Origin: Patescibacteria group bacterium
Lineage (GTDB): Bacteria; Patescibacteriota; Patescibacteriia; UM-FILTER-42-10
DNA length: 64,000 bases
Assembly: GCA_041664365.1 (NCBI GenBank)
Contig: JBAYKW010000001.1
Coordinates: 244,465-308,464, forward strand
Direction of reading: 5' to 3'
Of the stretch, positions 36,433-46,222 are shown piece after piece; within the stretch, counting starts at the first letter, position 1, and each line of letters opens with the position of its first letter. Both the position numbers and the translations under genes were made by a program. The notes under the pieces are model-generated. The model had not been told where the DNA came from and ran no database searches. It saw nothing but the letters and a program-made list of their open reading frames with translations.

Positions 36433-38094
36433 ATGAATCAAAACCTATTAACACAATTTATTAACGAGGCGCTTAAATCAGACCTGAAAGATAAAAGCGA
36501 TTTTTATCTGTTTAAAAGGCGGTTTTCAAAAACGCATAAAATACCCTTTTATACCAACAATGTCATTCTAGCGCATTACCGCAAATTGGTTAATGACGGG
36601 ATGTTTAAGGAGAACAACAAATTTGTTCGCCTACTTAGGATACGCGATATCAGAACCTTATCCGGAATAGCATCAATCGGAGTACACACCAAGCCCCTTC
36701 CCTGTCCGGGTAAATGCATATACTGTCCCACCGAAAAAGGTATGCCAAAAAGTTATCTTTCGACCCAGCCTGCAGTCATGCGTTCAATGGGACAAATGTT
36801 TGATCCGTATCGAATGGTTAAGGCAAGATTGCGTGCATACTATGAAAATGGTCATCCGACTGATAAATGCGAATTAATTGTAATGGGCGGCACATGGTCC
36901 TTTCACAGTAAACTTTATCAGATTTGGTACCTGAAAAGATGTATGGATGCATTTAATGACGGCATTAAAAGTTCCCGCAGATCCAAGACTGATATTAATG
37001 AAATACTGGAATCAAAAAATTATAAGCAAACAAACATATCCTACAAACTACTGCTGGGGAAATTGAAACGTGCTCAAGTTCTGAATGAAAAAGCTTATAA
37101 TAGAGTCGTCGGGATTACGCTTGAAACCAGGCCGGATTTTGTCAGTACGAAAGAAGTGCGTATGATGCGAGAGCTCGGTGCAACCCGGGTAGAAATGGGT
37201 GTGCAGAGTACTCACGATCACATCCTGGATATTAATAAAAGAGGACATAAGGTAAAAGCAACGATTAGAGCGACACAACTGTACAAAGATGCCGGTTTTA
37301 AAATTACCTATCATCTGATGCCGGGACTGTATAAAGCAACTCTAAAAAATGATTTAGATATGTTTCACGAGATATTTGAAAACCAGGACTTTCAGCCGGA
37401 TCAGATAAAAATTTATCCGACAATTGTGTCTGAGTTTTCAGAGCTTTATGATTTGTGGAAAAGCGGAAAATATAAACCATATTCCGATAAGCAGCTAAAA
37501 ATACTCCTAAAGGAAATTAAGCTCCTCTGCCCGCCATATATCCGTATCGCGAGACTATTCCGTGATATTCCGAAACAAAGCATAGCGGGTGGGATGCAGA
37601 TTACCAATATCCGCCAAATTATTCTCAATGAACTCAAGCAGGAGGGTAAATCCTGCCGTTGTATCAGGTGTCGTGAAGCGGGAGGAATCAGTATTTCGCA
37701 AAAAGACGTGCGCTTGGTAAAAAGGGTATATAAAGCTTCAGGCGGAACGGAAATATTTTTAAGCTATGAATCAAAGGACTACTCAACAATATTTGCTTTT
37801 TGCCGACTGAGGTTTCCAAAAAATAAAAATAAGACCCACTACATCGAAGCACTGCAAAACTCTGCATTAATCAGGGAATTGCACACATACGGCGAGATGA
37901 TTCCTCTGGCAAATAATAAAGGTAAAACACAGCATATTGGTTTTGGTAAAAAACTGATGCATGAAGCGGAAAAACTTTCATTAAAAAAAGGATATAAAAA
38001 AATAGCCGTCATCTCCGGCATCGGAGTTAGGGGCTATTATCAGAAATTGGGTTACCGGCTAAAAGATGAATACATGGTCAGGAATCTGGAATAG
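36433..38094 (+). CDS. elp3: Elp3 tRNA uridine(34) acetyltransferase (radical SAM plus KAT)
   Basis: CPGKCIYCP, PKSY, ETRPD, RVEMGVQS, HLMPGL, PDQIKIYP, RDIP, CRCIRCRE, RELHTYG, QHIGFG, VISGIGVRGYY.KLGY. Confidence 0.93.
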   Translation: MNQNLLTQFINEALKSDLKDKSDFYLFKRRFSKTHKIPFYTNNVILAHYRKLVNDGMFKENNKFVRLLRIRDIRTLSGIASIGVHTKPLPCPGKCIYCPTEKGMPKSYLSTQPAVMRSMGQMFDPYRMVKARLRAYYENGHPTDKCELIVMGGTWSFHSKLYQIWYLKRCMDAFNDGIKSSRRSKTDINEILESKNYKQTNISYKLLLGKLKRAQVLNEKAYNRVVGITLETRPDFVSTKEVRMMRELGATRVEMGVQSTHDHILDINKRGHKVKATIRATQLYKDAGFKITYHLMPGLYKATLKNDLDMFHEIFENQDFQPDQIKIYPTIVSEFSELYDLWKSGKYKPYSDKQLKILLKEIKLLCPPYIRIARLFRDIPKQSIAGGMQITNIRQIILNELKQEGKSCRCIRCREAGGISISQKDVRLVKRVYKASGGTEIFLSYESKDYSTIFAFCRLRFPKNKNKTHYIEALQNSALIRELHTYGEMIPLANNKGKTQHIGFGKKLMHEAEKLSLKKGYKKIAVISGIGVRGYYQKLGYRLKDEYMVRNLE

Positions 38095-38147
38095 TCAGAC
38101 AAAACGCAATCTAATACTACCACTTTAACAATATTGGAATAAAATAT

Positions 38148-38741
38148 TTATTCCTCCCAATCCCAGTGCCACCACTCAGGATTGTAATTAACAAATCCAC
38201 TTTTTTCGAGCACCATTTTTAGAAGCCGACGGTTATGTTTCGCTGTTTGCTCAAAATGATTAAGTACGGCCTTTTTTTCATAATAATCAGTTTCCGCGCG
38301 TTCGCTAATATCATCATGATCGGTTCCCATGTAAAGCTCTTCACCCTGACCGTTGATAATTGTAAGATCGAACGATCCGCCATTACGATGTGTCCCCAAC
38401 TTGATAACCTGCTTTGTTGGTTTAGAACAAAAAGTGAAAACCAACTTATCCAGTGCTTGCCTATCCAATTTAGGATTTGCATGTTTTAAACGCAACCTGA
38501 AACTTTTAATCATTTGTTTTTGTACTTCAAGTGGCCTTTGAGCATCCCAGATTTTAAAATTATATCCTCTAGGCAACAGTTTCTGGGCACTCAAAAGTGC
38601 CTTTATTGCTGATTCACGTGCCAAAATTCTGGAACTGCGAGACCAACCGTAAAAATAGTAGCGTGGCTCTACAGCAAAACCAAACTTCTCAACATCAATA
38701 AATTTTATTTTCATTTTATTTGCTTTCATTGTCTTGCCCAA
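38148..38741 (-). CDS. D-Ala-D-Ala dipeptidase (M15D, VanX/DdpX family)
   Basis: WDAQRP, HRNGGSFDLT, MGT..D, EWWHW; exact start uncertain. Confidence 0.85.
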   Translation of the reverse strand: MGKTMKANKMKIKFIDVEKFGFAVEPRYYFYGWSRSSRILARESAIKALLSAQKLLPRGYNFKIWDAQRPLEVQKQMIKSFRLRLKHANPKLDRQALDKLVFTFCSKPTKQVIKLGTHRNGGSFDLTIINGQGEELYMGTDHDDISERAETDYYEKKAVLNHFEQTAKHNRRLLKMVLEKSGFVNYNPEWWHWDWEE

Positions 38742-39444
38742 TATGTAAGGGGTTAAATTTTGTGTTGATATCGTAATAATCCTCTTGCTCCGATTTTTTC
38801 AGGTAATTCACAACTTTGTACGTAGCGGGTGTCAGCACAATCTCAAAAGCAAGTTTAAATACGTAATTTGAAATAATCAGACTAATCAGCAGTTCTTTCG
38901 GCAGTATTCCGGAAAAAGCAATCACGATAAACAACAGACTGTCTATTAATTGGCCGATAACTGTAGATGCGATCGTTCTGGACCATAGCCATCTGCCTTT
39001 TGTCCGTATTTTGAGTTTGGCAAGGATTATTGCATTAGAAAATTCACCAGCAAAATAAGCAATTAAACTGGCAATTACCAACCTTGGTGTCAGGCCGAGA
39101 ATTACATCATATGCGTTTTGATTCGTCCAGTTTGGATCAGCGGGCAGTTTGCCAATCAGAATGATAGTCACAGACATTAACAATGCGCAAATGAATCCTA
39201 ACCAGATCACCTTGCGTGACTGCCGAAAGCCATACACTTCTGTTAGAATGTCGCCAAAAATGTAACTCAAAGGAAAAATCAGCGTACCACCGTCAAATGA
39301 AAAAAAACCTAGATCAATAATCTTTGTAGAAACAATATTGGAAATCAGTAATACAGAAACAAATAAAACACTTATCGTTCCCAGATGTTTATAACGCTTA
39401 TCGATTTTTTCTGATTTGTTTTCCTGATTTACTAGTGTTTGCAT
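38716..39444 (-). CDS. queuosine precursor transporter (YhhQ/VUT family)
   Basis: SNIVSTK, FPLSYIFGDILTEVYG, RLVIASLIAY, W.RTIASTVIGQLIDS. Confidence 0.92.
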   Translation of the reverse strand: MQTLVNQENKSEKIDKRYKHLGTISVLFVSVLLISNIVSTKIIDLGFFSFDGGTLIFPLSYIFGDILTEVYGFRQSRKVIWLGFICALLMSVTIILIGKLPADPNWTNQNAYDVILGLTPRLVIASLIAYFAGEFSNAIILAKLKIRTKGRWLWSRTIASTVIGQLIDSLLFIVIAFSGILPKELLISLIISNYVFKLAFEIVLTPATYKVVNYLKKSEQEDYYDINTKFNPLHIGQDNESK

Positions 39445-39448
39445 AATA

Positions 39449-39925
39449 TCAGACTATCCGTTCATCCTTTCTTATCTCCATCCATATTTTTCCTATCTCA
39501 TTACGTCCGTTTCCGTCTTTTCCACTGCCCCAGAATGAATCTACGGGTGAATTCTCGATTATCTCTCTGCCAGAAGTTCTATGTAATACTTCTCGAACAT
39601 CTTTATGCTGGGCTGTTTTTGATTTTAGTATCTCTTTCATAACATCTCTTTTAATATCATGCCAGTCAGCACTCATTTTTGATTTATTTTTATCAGCAAC
39701 TTGTTTGGCAACTTCTGGACTTGGAGCTAAGTAGATTTTTTCTGCAATATCCATTTCATGCACAAATTTTTTCCAATGATAGGCATGTTCCGCAGTTGGA
39801 AATGTTTTATTCCAAATATTTATGGAATGTGCGGAATAGTTATCCAACGGGTAAAAAGCAGAAGTAAAAAAGAAAATCTGCTTTTTCGTTTCTCTGTTTA
39901 AATTTTTACTGGAATTAGGATACAT
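39449..39925 (-). CDS. NADAR (YbiA-like) family protein
   Basis: FPTAEHAYH..KF, W..IK..VM, IENSP.DSFWG.G.DG.GRN..G..WMEIR. Confidence 0.9.
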   Translation of the reverse strand: MYPNSSKNLNRETKKQIFFFTSAFYPLDNYSAHSINIWNKTFPTAEHAYHWKKFVHEMDIAEKIYLAPSPEVAKQVADKNKSKMSADWHDIKRDVMKEILKSKTAQHKDVREVLHRTSGREIIENSPVDSFWGSGKDGNGRNEIGKIWMEIRKDERIV

Positions 39926-39928
39926 ACT

Positions 39929-42688
39929 TTACACTCCGTGGCACTTCTTATATTTCTTCCCTGATCCGCAAGGACACTCATCATTCCGGCCAACTTTTTC
40001 ACCTGCTACAGTTTTCAATTTACCTCCGGCAGTAACCTTTGTTCCAGGCAAAGCCTGTGTTTTTTGTTCTGAAAATGTGTCATTCGAAGCCTGCGATTGA
40101 CCCATAGGTAATGTGAAGTGTTGCGTCTGCTCACTCATCGTCTTTGAGGGAGCCTGCATTACTTGCTTTGCCTGCATCATCGACGGAGCTATTTCTTTTG
40201 CAATTCCAATTTTATAAATTGTATGAGCAACATCGCTTTGCAGGCTTGCCATCATTGCAATGAATAACTGGTATGCTTCTCTCTTATACTCAATCAGAGG
40301 ATCCCGCTGTCCATATCCGCGCAAACCGATACCTGTTCTCAGGTGCTCCATTTGCGACAAATGATCAATCCACAACCGGTCAATTACTCTCAAAATAATT
40401 CCACGCTCAAGACTGCGCATTAGTTGTTCATCGCCAACTCTGGTTTCCAGATTTTTGTATTCTTTATGCGCCAGACTAATCAAGTATTTAATCAAGTGTG
40501 TTCTGCTTTTTGCATCTTCCAGTTTAGTACCCGCCTCTTTATGAATATCCTCCATTTTTACCCTAGCTTCCATTGTAATTGGAAATATTGTATCAACCAC
40601 CTCATAGATCTCCTCAATATTCCAAGCATTTTCATCTTCGGACGCTGTGTGAAAAGAAACAACTTGTTCAATTTCTGACTCAATAAGTTTTAATACTTCA
40701 CCTTTGCAACCTTCTTCTTTTTCCTCAGAATAAAGTGCTTCCCTTCTCTTTTTATATATTACTTCTCTGTGCTTATTGATCACATCATCATATTCAACCA
40801 GATGTTTTCTGATATCAAAGTTATTTCCCTCCACCTTTTTTTGAGCTGATTCCAGTGACCTGCTGATCATTTTGTTCTGTATCGGCATATCATCAGGAAT
40901 TCCCAGCCGTTCCATGATTGTTTTCATGCGATCGGATCCAAATATTCTCATTAGATCGTCTTCCATCGAAACAAAAAACTGCGTTTCTCCAGGATCACCC
41001 TGTCTGCCCGAGCGACCGCGCAATTGGTTATCGATCCTTCTTGATTCATGGCGTTCAGTACCGATGACAAGCAAACCGCCGTCAGCTGAAACATCGTTTG
41101 CTTCAGATTCGCTCGGTGGGTTGCCGCCTAATATAATATCGACGCCTCTACCGGCCATGTTAGTGGCAACAGTTACCGCGCCTTTCTTACCCGCCTGAGC
41201 AATAATATTTGCCTCCTGCTCATGTTGTTTCGCATTTAGCATCTTATGGGCTATGCCTTCCATTTCCAGAAGTTGTCCAAGTCTTTCATTTTTCTCGATT
41301 GATATAGTACCGATCAATACAGGCTGGCCTTTTTCATTGCGTGATTTAACCTCTCTGACAATTGCATTAAATTTTGCTTCCTCCGTTTTAAATATCTGAT
41401 CAGTTTTATCTATACGAACCAATTGTTTATTTGTCGGTATGACAACAACCTCCAAGCCGTAAATTTTTGAAAACTCCTCAGCCTCTGTCGCTGCAGTTCC
41501 CGTCATTCCTGCTAATTTCTCAAACATTCTGAAATAGTTCTGAAATGTTATTGAGGCCAGTGTTCTGCTTTCTTTCATCACTTCCACATTTTCTTTTGCT
41601 TCGATAGCCTGATGTAAACCTTCTGAATACCTTCTGCCCGGCATTAATCTGCCTGTAAATTCATCAACAATGACAATTTCTCCGTCTTTAATTACATAAT
41701 CACGATCCAGTTTAAACAAAGCCTTAGCTTTCAATGACTGTTCGATGTGGTGCACGAGGTTAATTCCACCCTCAGCATATAAATTTTCTATTCCAAGAGC
41801 TTTTTCAACATGAGTTATTCCTAACTCAGTCAATGTAGCTGCCCGCATTTTCTCATCAATATTATAATCCTGATTTTCGTCTAATTTATTGACTAGTTGA
41901 GCAAATTTATAATACTGATCGGTTGCTTCTTCGTCCGGCGCTGAAATAATTAACGGCGTTCTGGCTTCGTCGATTAAAATACTATCAACTTCATCAACGA
42001 TCGCGTATACCAGACCTCTCTGCACCATCTGTGATCTGCTCTGAACCATATTGTCCCTTAGATAATCGAATCCGAATTCATTATTCGTGCCATAGGTTAT
42101 ATCCGCCTGGTATGCCTCTCTCCTTGTGACCGGTCTCAACAGTTCTATATCAACCTGGGTTGTCACCTTTTCTTCGGTCTCTGATTTTACCGTCGGGTCA
42201 TACAGGAATGCTTCGTCATGCTGAATACAGCCGACAGAAACCCCTAAGAGATTATAAATCTTCCCCATCCAAGCGGTATCTCTTTTTGCCAGATAATCAT
42301 TAACTGTTACCAGATGAGCACCTTTTCCGGTGAGCGCGTTTAAATAAAGCGGCATTGTTGCTGACAGTGTTTTTCCTTCACCTGTTTTCATTTCTGAAAT
42401 TCTTCCCTGATGCAATACCAACCCCCCCATCACCTGAGTTTTATACGGAAATTGATTAATTGTTCGCTTTGCTGCTTCTCTTGCCAATGCAAACGCCTCA
42501 GGTAGAATATCCTCAACAGTTTTTCCTGATTTCAATCTATTTTTGAATTCCTCGGTTTTTTGGGAAAATGCTTCAAGTGGCAATTTCTCAAATTCATTTT
42601 TAAACCTCTCAACATTTTCCGCCTGCTCTTCGAGCTTAGAAATTGTCTTTTTATTCGGATCGCCAAACAGTTTTCCTAGGATCGCCAT
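39929..42688 (-). CDS. secA: protein translocase subunit SecA
   Basis: EMKTGEGKT, VTVNDYLA, IVDEVDSILIDEARTPLIIS, TNMAGRG, SEC-C motif CPCGSGKKYKKCHG. Confidence 0.99.
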   Translation of the reverse strand: MAILGKLFGDPNKKTISKLEEQAENVERFKNEFEKLPLEAFSQKTEEFKNRLKSGKTVEDILPEAFALAREAAKRTINQFPYKTQVMGGLVLHQGRISEMKTGEGKTLSATMPLYLNALTGKGAHLVTVNDYLAKRDTAWMGKIYNLLGVSVGCIQHDEAFLYDPTVKSETEEKVTTQVDIELLRPVTRREAYQADITYGTNNEFGFDYLRDNMVQSRSQMVQRGLVYAIVDEVDSILIDEARTPLIISAPDEEATDQYYKFAQLVNKLDENQDYNIDEKMRAATLTELGITHVEKALGIENLYAEGGINLVHHIEQSLKAKALFKLDRDYVIKDGEIVIVDEFTGRLMPGRRYSEGLHQAIEAKENVEVMKESRTLASITFQNYFRMFEKLAGMTGTAATEAEEFSKIYGLEVVVIPTNKQLVRIDKTDQIFKTEEAKFNAIVREVKSRNEKGQPVLIGTISIEKNERLGQLLEMEGIAHKMLNAKQHEQEANIIAQAGKKGAVTVATNMAGRGVDIILGGNPPSESEANDVSADGGLLVIGTERHESRRIDNQLRGRSGRQGDPGETQFFVSMEDDLMRIFGSDRMKTIMERLGIPDDMPIQNKMISRSLESAQKKVEGNNFDIRKHLVEYDDVINKHREVIYKKRREALYSEEKEEGCKGEVLKLIESEIEQVVSFHTASEDENAWNIEEIYEVVDTIFPITMEARVKMEDIHKEAGTKLEDAKSRTHLIKYLISLAHKEYKNLETRVGDEQLMRSLERGIILRVIDRLWIDHLSQMEHLRTGIGLRGYGQRDPLIEYKREAYQLFIAMMASLQSDVAHTIYKIGIAKEIAPSMMQAKQVMQAPSKTMSEQTQHFTLPMGQSQASNDTFSEQKTQALPGTKVTAGGKLKTVAGEKVGRNDECPCGSGKKYKKCHGV

Positions 42689-42700
42689 TTCAATATTTTT

Positions 42701-43666
42701 TTAATAATTATCAAAACCCACCAGTTGTATTTCCTCCTGCAACTGAATTCCGTATTTTACCCTAACTTTTTGTTTAATAACACCAATCAGCATAATAATC
42801 TGTTCCGCTGTGGCGTTCCCTTTATTGATGATAAAATTTGCATGAACATTTGATATCATTGCATCACCGATCGTAAATCCTTTCAATCCCAATTGATCAA
42901 TCAGGTAGCCAGATGAAAGCAGGTCGTTATTCACCGCTGTTTTTTCAATCCCTTTTTTCTCTAATTCTTCAACAGAAAAATCAATCTTTGTATTTTTAAA
43001 CACACAGCCGGCGCTTGGTGATTCAAATTCCTGCTGACTTTTTTTATTATTTACTATTTCCATAGTTTTTTTCTGTACAGTTTCTTTGTCAGATTGTACT
43101 AGATGGAAATATGCCGTTATAATAATTTCTGAATTTGTTTTAAAAACACTTTCTCGATAGCCGAAATTACATTCCAAGTTTGTTTTTTCCTCACTAACAC
43201 CTTTTTCATTTACGATGAGGACTTTTGTTAGTACATCCTTAATTTCTGTTCCCCATGCTCCGGCATTCCCACGCACCGCACCGCCAACGCTGCCCGGTAT
43301 GCCGGCCGCGAATTCAACCCCTGACAAACCGTGCTCTTTTGCAACATTGGCAAGCATACTCAGATTAACACCTGCATCAGCAATTATTTCCGTATTAACT
43401 ACTGAAATATTTCTAGACTTATTATGGATCACCAAACCCCTGAAACCTTTATCCGAGATCAATACATTACTGCCTCGAGCTAATATAAATATCTGCAAGC
43501 CTAGTTCATGCGCTACTTTTACCGCATTCATTACATCCTGAGCTGACTCCGCCAAAAAATAAAACTCTGCCGGCCCACCGATTTTGTAGCCGGTAAGCGG
43601 AGCAAGGGGAAAATCGCTTTTCACGCGATCGCCCAGTTTAATATTTAACTCATTTACAATTTGCAT
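42701..43666 (-). CDS. murB: UDP-N-acetylenolpyruvoylglucosamine reductase
   Basis: IGGPA, GSN.L, GIPGSVGGA..NAGA, FGYRES.F, PSAGCVFKN, HANF. Confidence 0.95.
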   Translation of the reverse strand: MQIVNELNIKLGDRVKSDFPLAPLTGYKIGGPAEFYFLAESAQDVMNAVKVAHELGLQIFILARGSNVLISDKGFRGLVIHNKSRNISVVNTEIIADAGVNLSMLANVAKEHGLSGVEFAAGIPGSVGGAVRGNAGAWGTEIKDVLTKVLIVNEKGVSEEKTNLECNFGYRESVFKTNSEIIITAYFHLVQSDKETVQKKTMEIVNNKKSQQEFESPSAGCVFKNTKIDFSVEELEKKGIEKTAVNNDLLSSGYLIDQLGLKGFTIGDAMISNVHANFIINKGNATAEQIIMLIGVIKQKVRVKYGIQLQEEIQLVGFDNY

Positions 43667-45072
43667 CAGATTTTTTTTATCAATTCAAGCGCAATTTTAT
43701 TAAAATCACCAACTGCCATTATTAACACAACATCCCCAGCTTTACAGTTTGAAACAAGGTGTGACAATACGTTTTCCCTGCCCGGAATATATGAGACATT
43801 TTGGTGGTTTTTACTGATTTCGTCAACTAATACTCTGCTGTTTATTTTAAAATCCCCCTCTTTTTCCCGCGCAGGATAGATATCAGGGATAATCACTGCA
43901 TCGGCATCTACAAAGGCATCTGCCAACTCGCCGACAGTTGCCTTGGTTCTGCTGAATGTATGTGGTTCAAATACGGCCCAAATCTTTTGATTTGGATACT
44001 TTGACCTCGCAGCCTGCAGCGTAACCTTAACTGCCGTCGGATGATGAGCATAGTCATCAATGACCGTCACACCTCTAGCTACCCCCTTTAGTTCAAAACG
44101 CCTACTTGGCCCTTTGAATTCTGAAAGCATTTTTATCGGATTTGAAAGATCACATTTCAAATAATCCATTGCTGCAATGCTGGCAAGTACATTCAATACA
44201 TTATGATCCCCGGCCAGGGAAGAATTAACATCATATTTTTCCGCGGTTCCGACCTTACGCACAATATAATTTGACATGCCGTTTTTTTGTATAATTTTTT
44301 CAGCCTTCCAATCAAGACTGTTTCCTTTAATTCCATACCAGATAATTTTCCGATCAACATCTTTCAGCAGTTTTTTTACATTCAGATTATCATGACAGGC
44401 AATGATGATACCTTCGGGTGGGACTGTTTTGATCAATTTTTTAAACTTATCCATCAGATCATTGATATTTTTGTAATAATCAAAATGGTCCATATCAATA
44501 TTTGTCAGTATCAGTATGTCCGGATGATAATGAAGAAATTTCGGTCGCTTATCAGAAAATGAGGAATAATATTCATCCCCCTCAAATAAAACTGTATCTG
44601 AATTATTCAGTTGGAAATTAGTTTTAAAATCCTGCACATAACCGCCAATTATGAAATTAATTGGTTTGGACGCCGCCCTTAAACCATATGCTATTAGTGA
44701 ACTCGTAGTTGTTTTACCGTGCGTTCCGGAAACAATTATCCTTTGGTGGTTAATAAACAAATTGTAGATTAGTTCCGCAAAGGAGGCATAATTGATTCCT
44801 TTTTTCAGAACTTCTGCCACTTCAGGATTTTTTTCCGGAGTCTCCCCCGCACTTATTATTACCAAATCAGGATCTCCGACATTTTTTTTATCATAACCGG
44901 AAAAATATTCTATTCTATTTTGCTTCAACACAATTGATGCGGGCGGATAAATATTTTCCGCGTCACTTCCCGTGACAGTAAAACCGCGCTGTTTTACCAC
45001 TGCAGCCACTGCGCTCATTGCAACACCGCCAATGCCGACAAAATGTATTGTTTTTATTTTATTTAGATCCAT
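43666..45072 (-). CDS. murC: MurC/Mpl-family UDP-MurNAc-peptide ligase
   Basis: GIGG.AMS, GTHGKTTT, EGDEY, RRFE, DDYAHHP, FEPHTFSRT; N-terminal half carries Mpl-like motifs. Confidence 0.8.
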   Translation of the reverse strand: MDLNKIKTIHFVGIGGVAMSAVAAVVKQRGFTVTGSDAENIYPPASIVLKQNRIEYFSGYDKKNVGDPDLVIISAGETPEKNPEVAEVLKKGINYASFAELIYNLFINHQRIIVSGTHGKTTTSSLIAYGLRAASKPINFIIGGYVQDFKTNFQLNNSDTVLFEGDEYYSSFSDKRPKFLHYHPDILILTNIDMDHFDYYKNINDLMDKFKKLIKTVPPEGIIIACHDNLNVKKLLKDVDRKIIWYGIKGNSLDWKAEKIIQKNGMSNYIVRKVGTAEKYDVNSSLAGDHNVLNVLASIAAMDYLKCDLSNPIKMLSEFKGPSRRFELKGVARGVTVIDDYAHHPTAVKVTLQAARSKYPNQKIWAVFEPHTFSRTKATVGELADAFVDADAVIIPDIYPAREKEGDFKINSRVLVDEISKNHQNVSYIPGRENVLSHLVSNCKAGDVVLIMAVGDFNKIALELIKKI

Positions 45073-46216
45073 GATTGTTGATTACCGAAATAATTTCATC
45101 AGCAATTTTCTTATTGCCGTTATGCTCCATAATTTTTTTTATATTTTTACTGAGTTCTGCGCGTTTTGAATTGCTATGAAGCAAGTCTCTAATAAAGTTT
45201 GTAAACAGTTCCGTATTTAAAATTCCCTGATTCAGAGAAAGTGCAGCATTTTTTGATGCAAAATAATTAGCGTTTTTTTCCTGATGCGATCCGGATAGGG
45301 GGACAATAATCACCGGCTTCCCTAATATTGCCAGCTCTGACAAGGTGGATATTCCTGCGCGTGTAATGACTATATCAGCAACAAATAATGCGTGTCTTAA
45401 TTCATCCATATTAAGGAACTCGTGCGTATGATACCGGCTGAGATTATTACTGCTGTAATTCACTTTACCCTTTTGGCCGAGCATCTCCTCTACAGACCCG
45501 GGGCGGTATTGATCCTTCAAATTTTCATCCTGAAATATATTTTTACCTTTACCGGCAACATGAATTATCTGGCAAAATTCCAGCATTTTTGGCAGAGCAT
45601 CTGTGACAATTTTATTCAATGTTAATGCGCCTGTCCCGCCACCAAGGATCAGAACAATTGGAACATCATCTGTAAGTGAAAATAAATGCTTTGCTTCATC
45701 ACGATTCCCATTTAAAATATCCCCCCTTACAGCATTGCCTGTTATTATCGTTTTCTTGCGCGGAAAATGACCGATTGATTCGGGAAATGTAACAGTAATT
45801 CTGTCTGCAAATGGTGCCATCAGTTTATTTGCCAGTCCAATCTGAATATCCTGCTGGTGGACGATAATCGGCTTTCGTAATAACCAGGCGGCCCAGACAA
45901 CAGGCACAGCGACAAAACTACCGGCGGTCACAATGACATCAGGCTTCCACTTCCTCAGAATGTTGAATGCTTGAAAAAACCCTGCGATAACTGCAAACGG
46001 TGTTACTAAATTTCTCGGATCAAAATACCTTCTTAGTTTACCCGACCTAATCGCCCTAAATTCAATATTGCCTTCTTCAGCAAAGTCTTTTTCAATTGAA
46101 TTTTTTCCGCCAATAAATAAAAAATCTGCCTGATGCGATTTTAATATTTCCTCAAATATGGCTAATAACGGCGCAACCGATCCGCCGGTTCCGCCGCCTG
46201 ATAACACAATTTTCAT
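45059..46216 (-). CDS. murG: undecaprenyl-PP-MurNAc-pentapeptide GlcNAc transferase
   Basis: SGGGTGG, HQQD...GLAN, TGN.VR, GGG.GA, TRAG..T.SE, HQ..NA; start at 46216. Confidence 0.95.
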   Translation of the reverse strand: MKIVLSGGGTGGSVAPLLAIFEEILKSHQADFLFIGGKNSIEKDFAEEGNIEFRAIRSGKLRRYFDPRNLVTPFAVIAGFFQAFNILRKWKPDVIVTAGSFVAVPVVWAAWLLRKPIIVHQQDIQIGLANKLMAPFADRITVTFPESIGHFPRKKTIITGNAVRGDILNGNRDEAKHLFSLTDDVPIVLILGGGTGALTLNKIVTDALPKMLEFCQIIHVAGKGKNIFQDENLKDQYRPGSVEEMLGQKGKVNYSSNNLSRYHTHEFLNMDELRHALFVADIVITRAGISTLSELAILGKPVIIVPLSGSHQEKNANYFASKNAALSLNQGILNTELFTNFIRDLLHSNSKRAELSKNIKKIMEHNGNKKIADEIISVINNHGSK

Positions 46217-46222
46217 ATCAAA

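Noticed and set aside
38148-38741. Vancomycin-resistance locus
   Set aside because: Lone M15D peptidase with no vanH, vanA, vanR or vanS.
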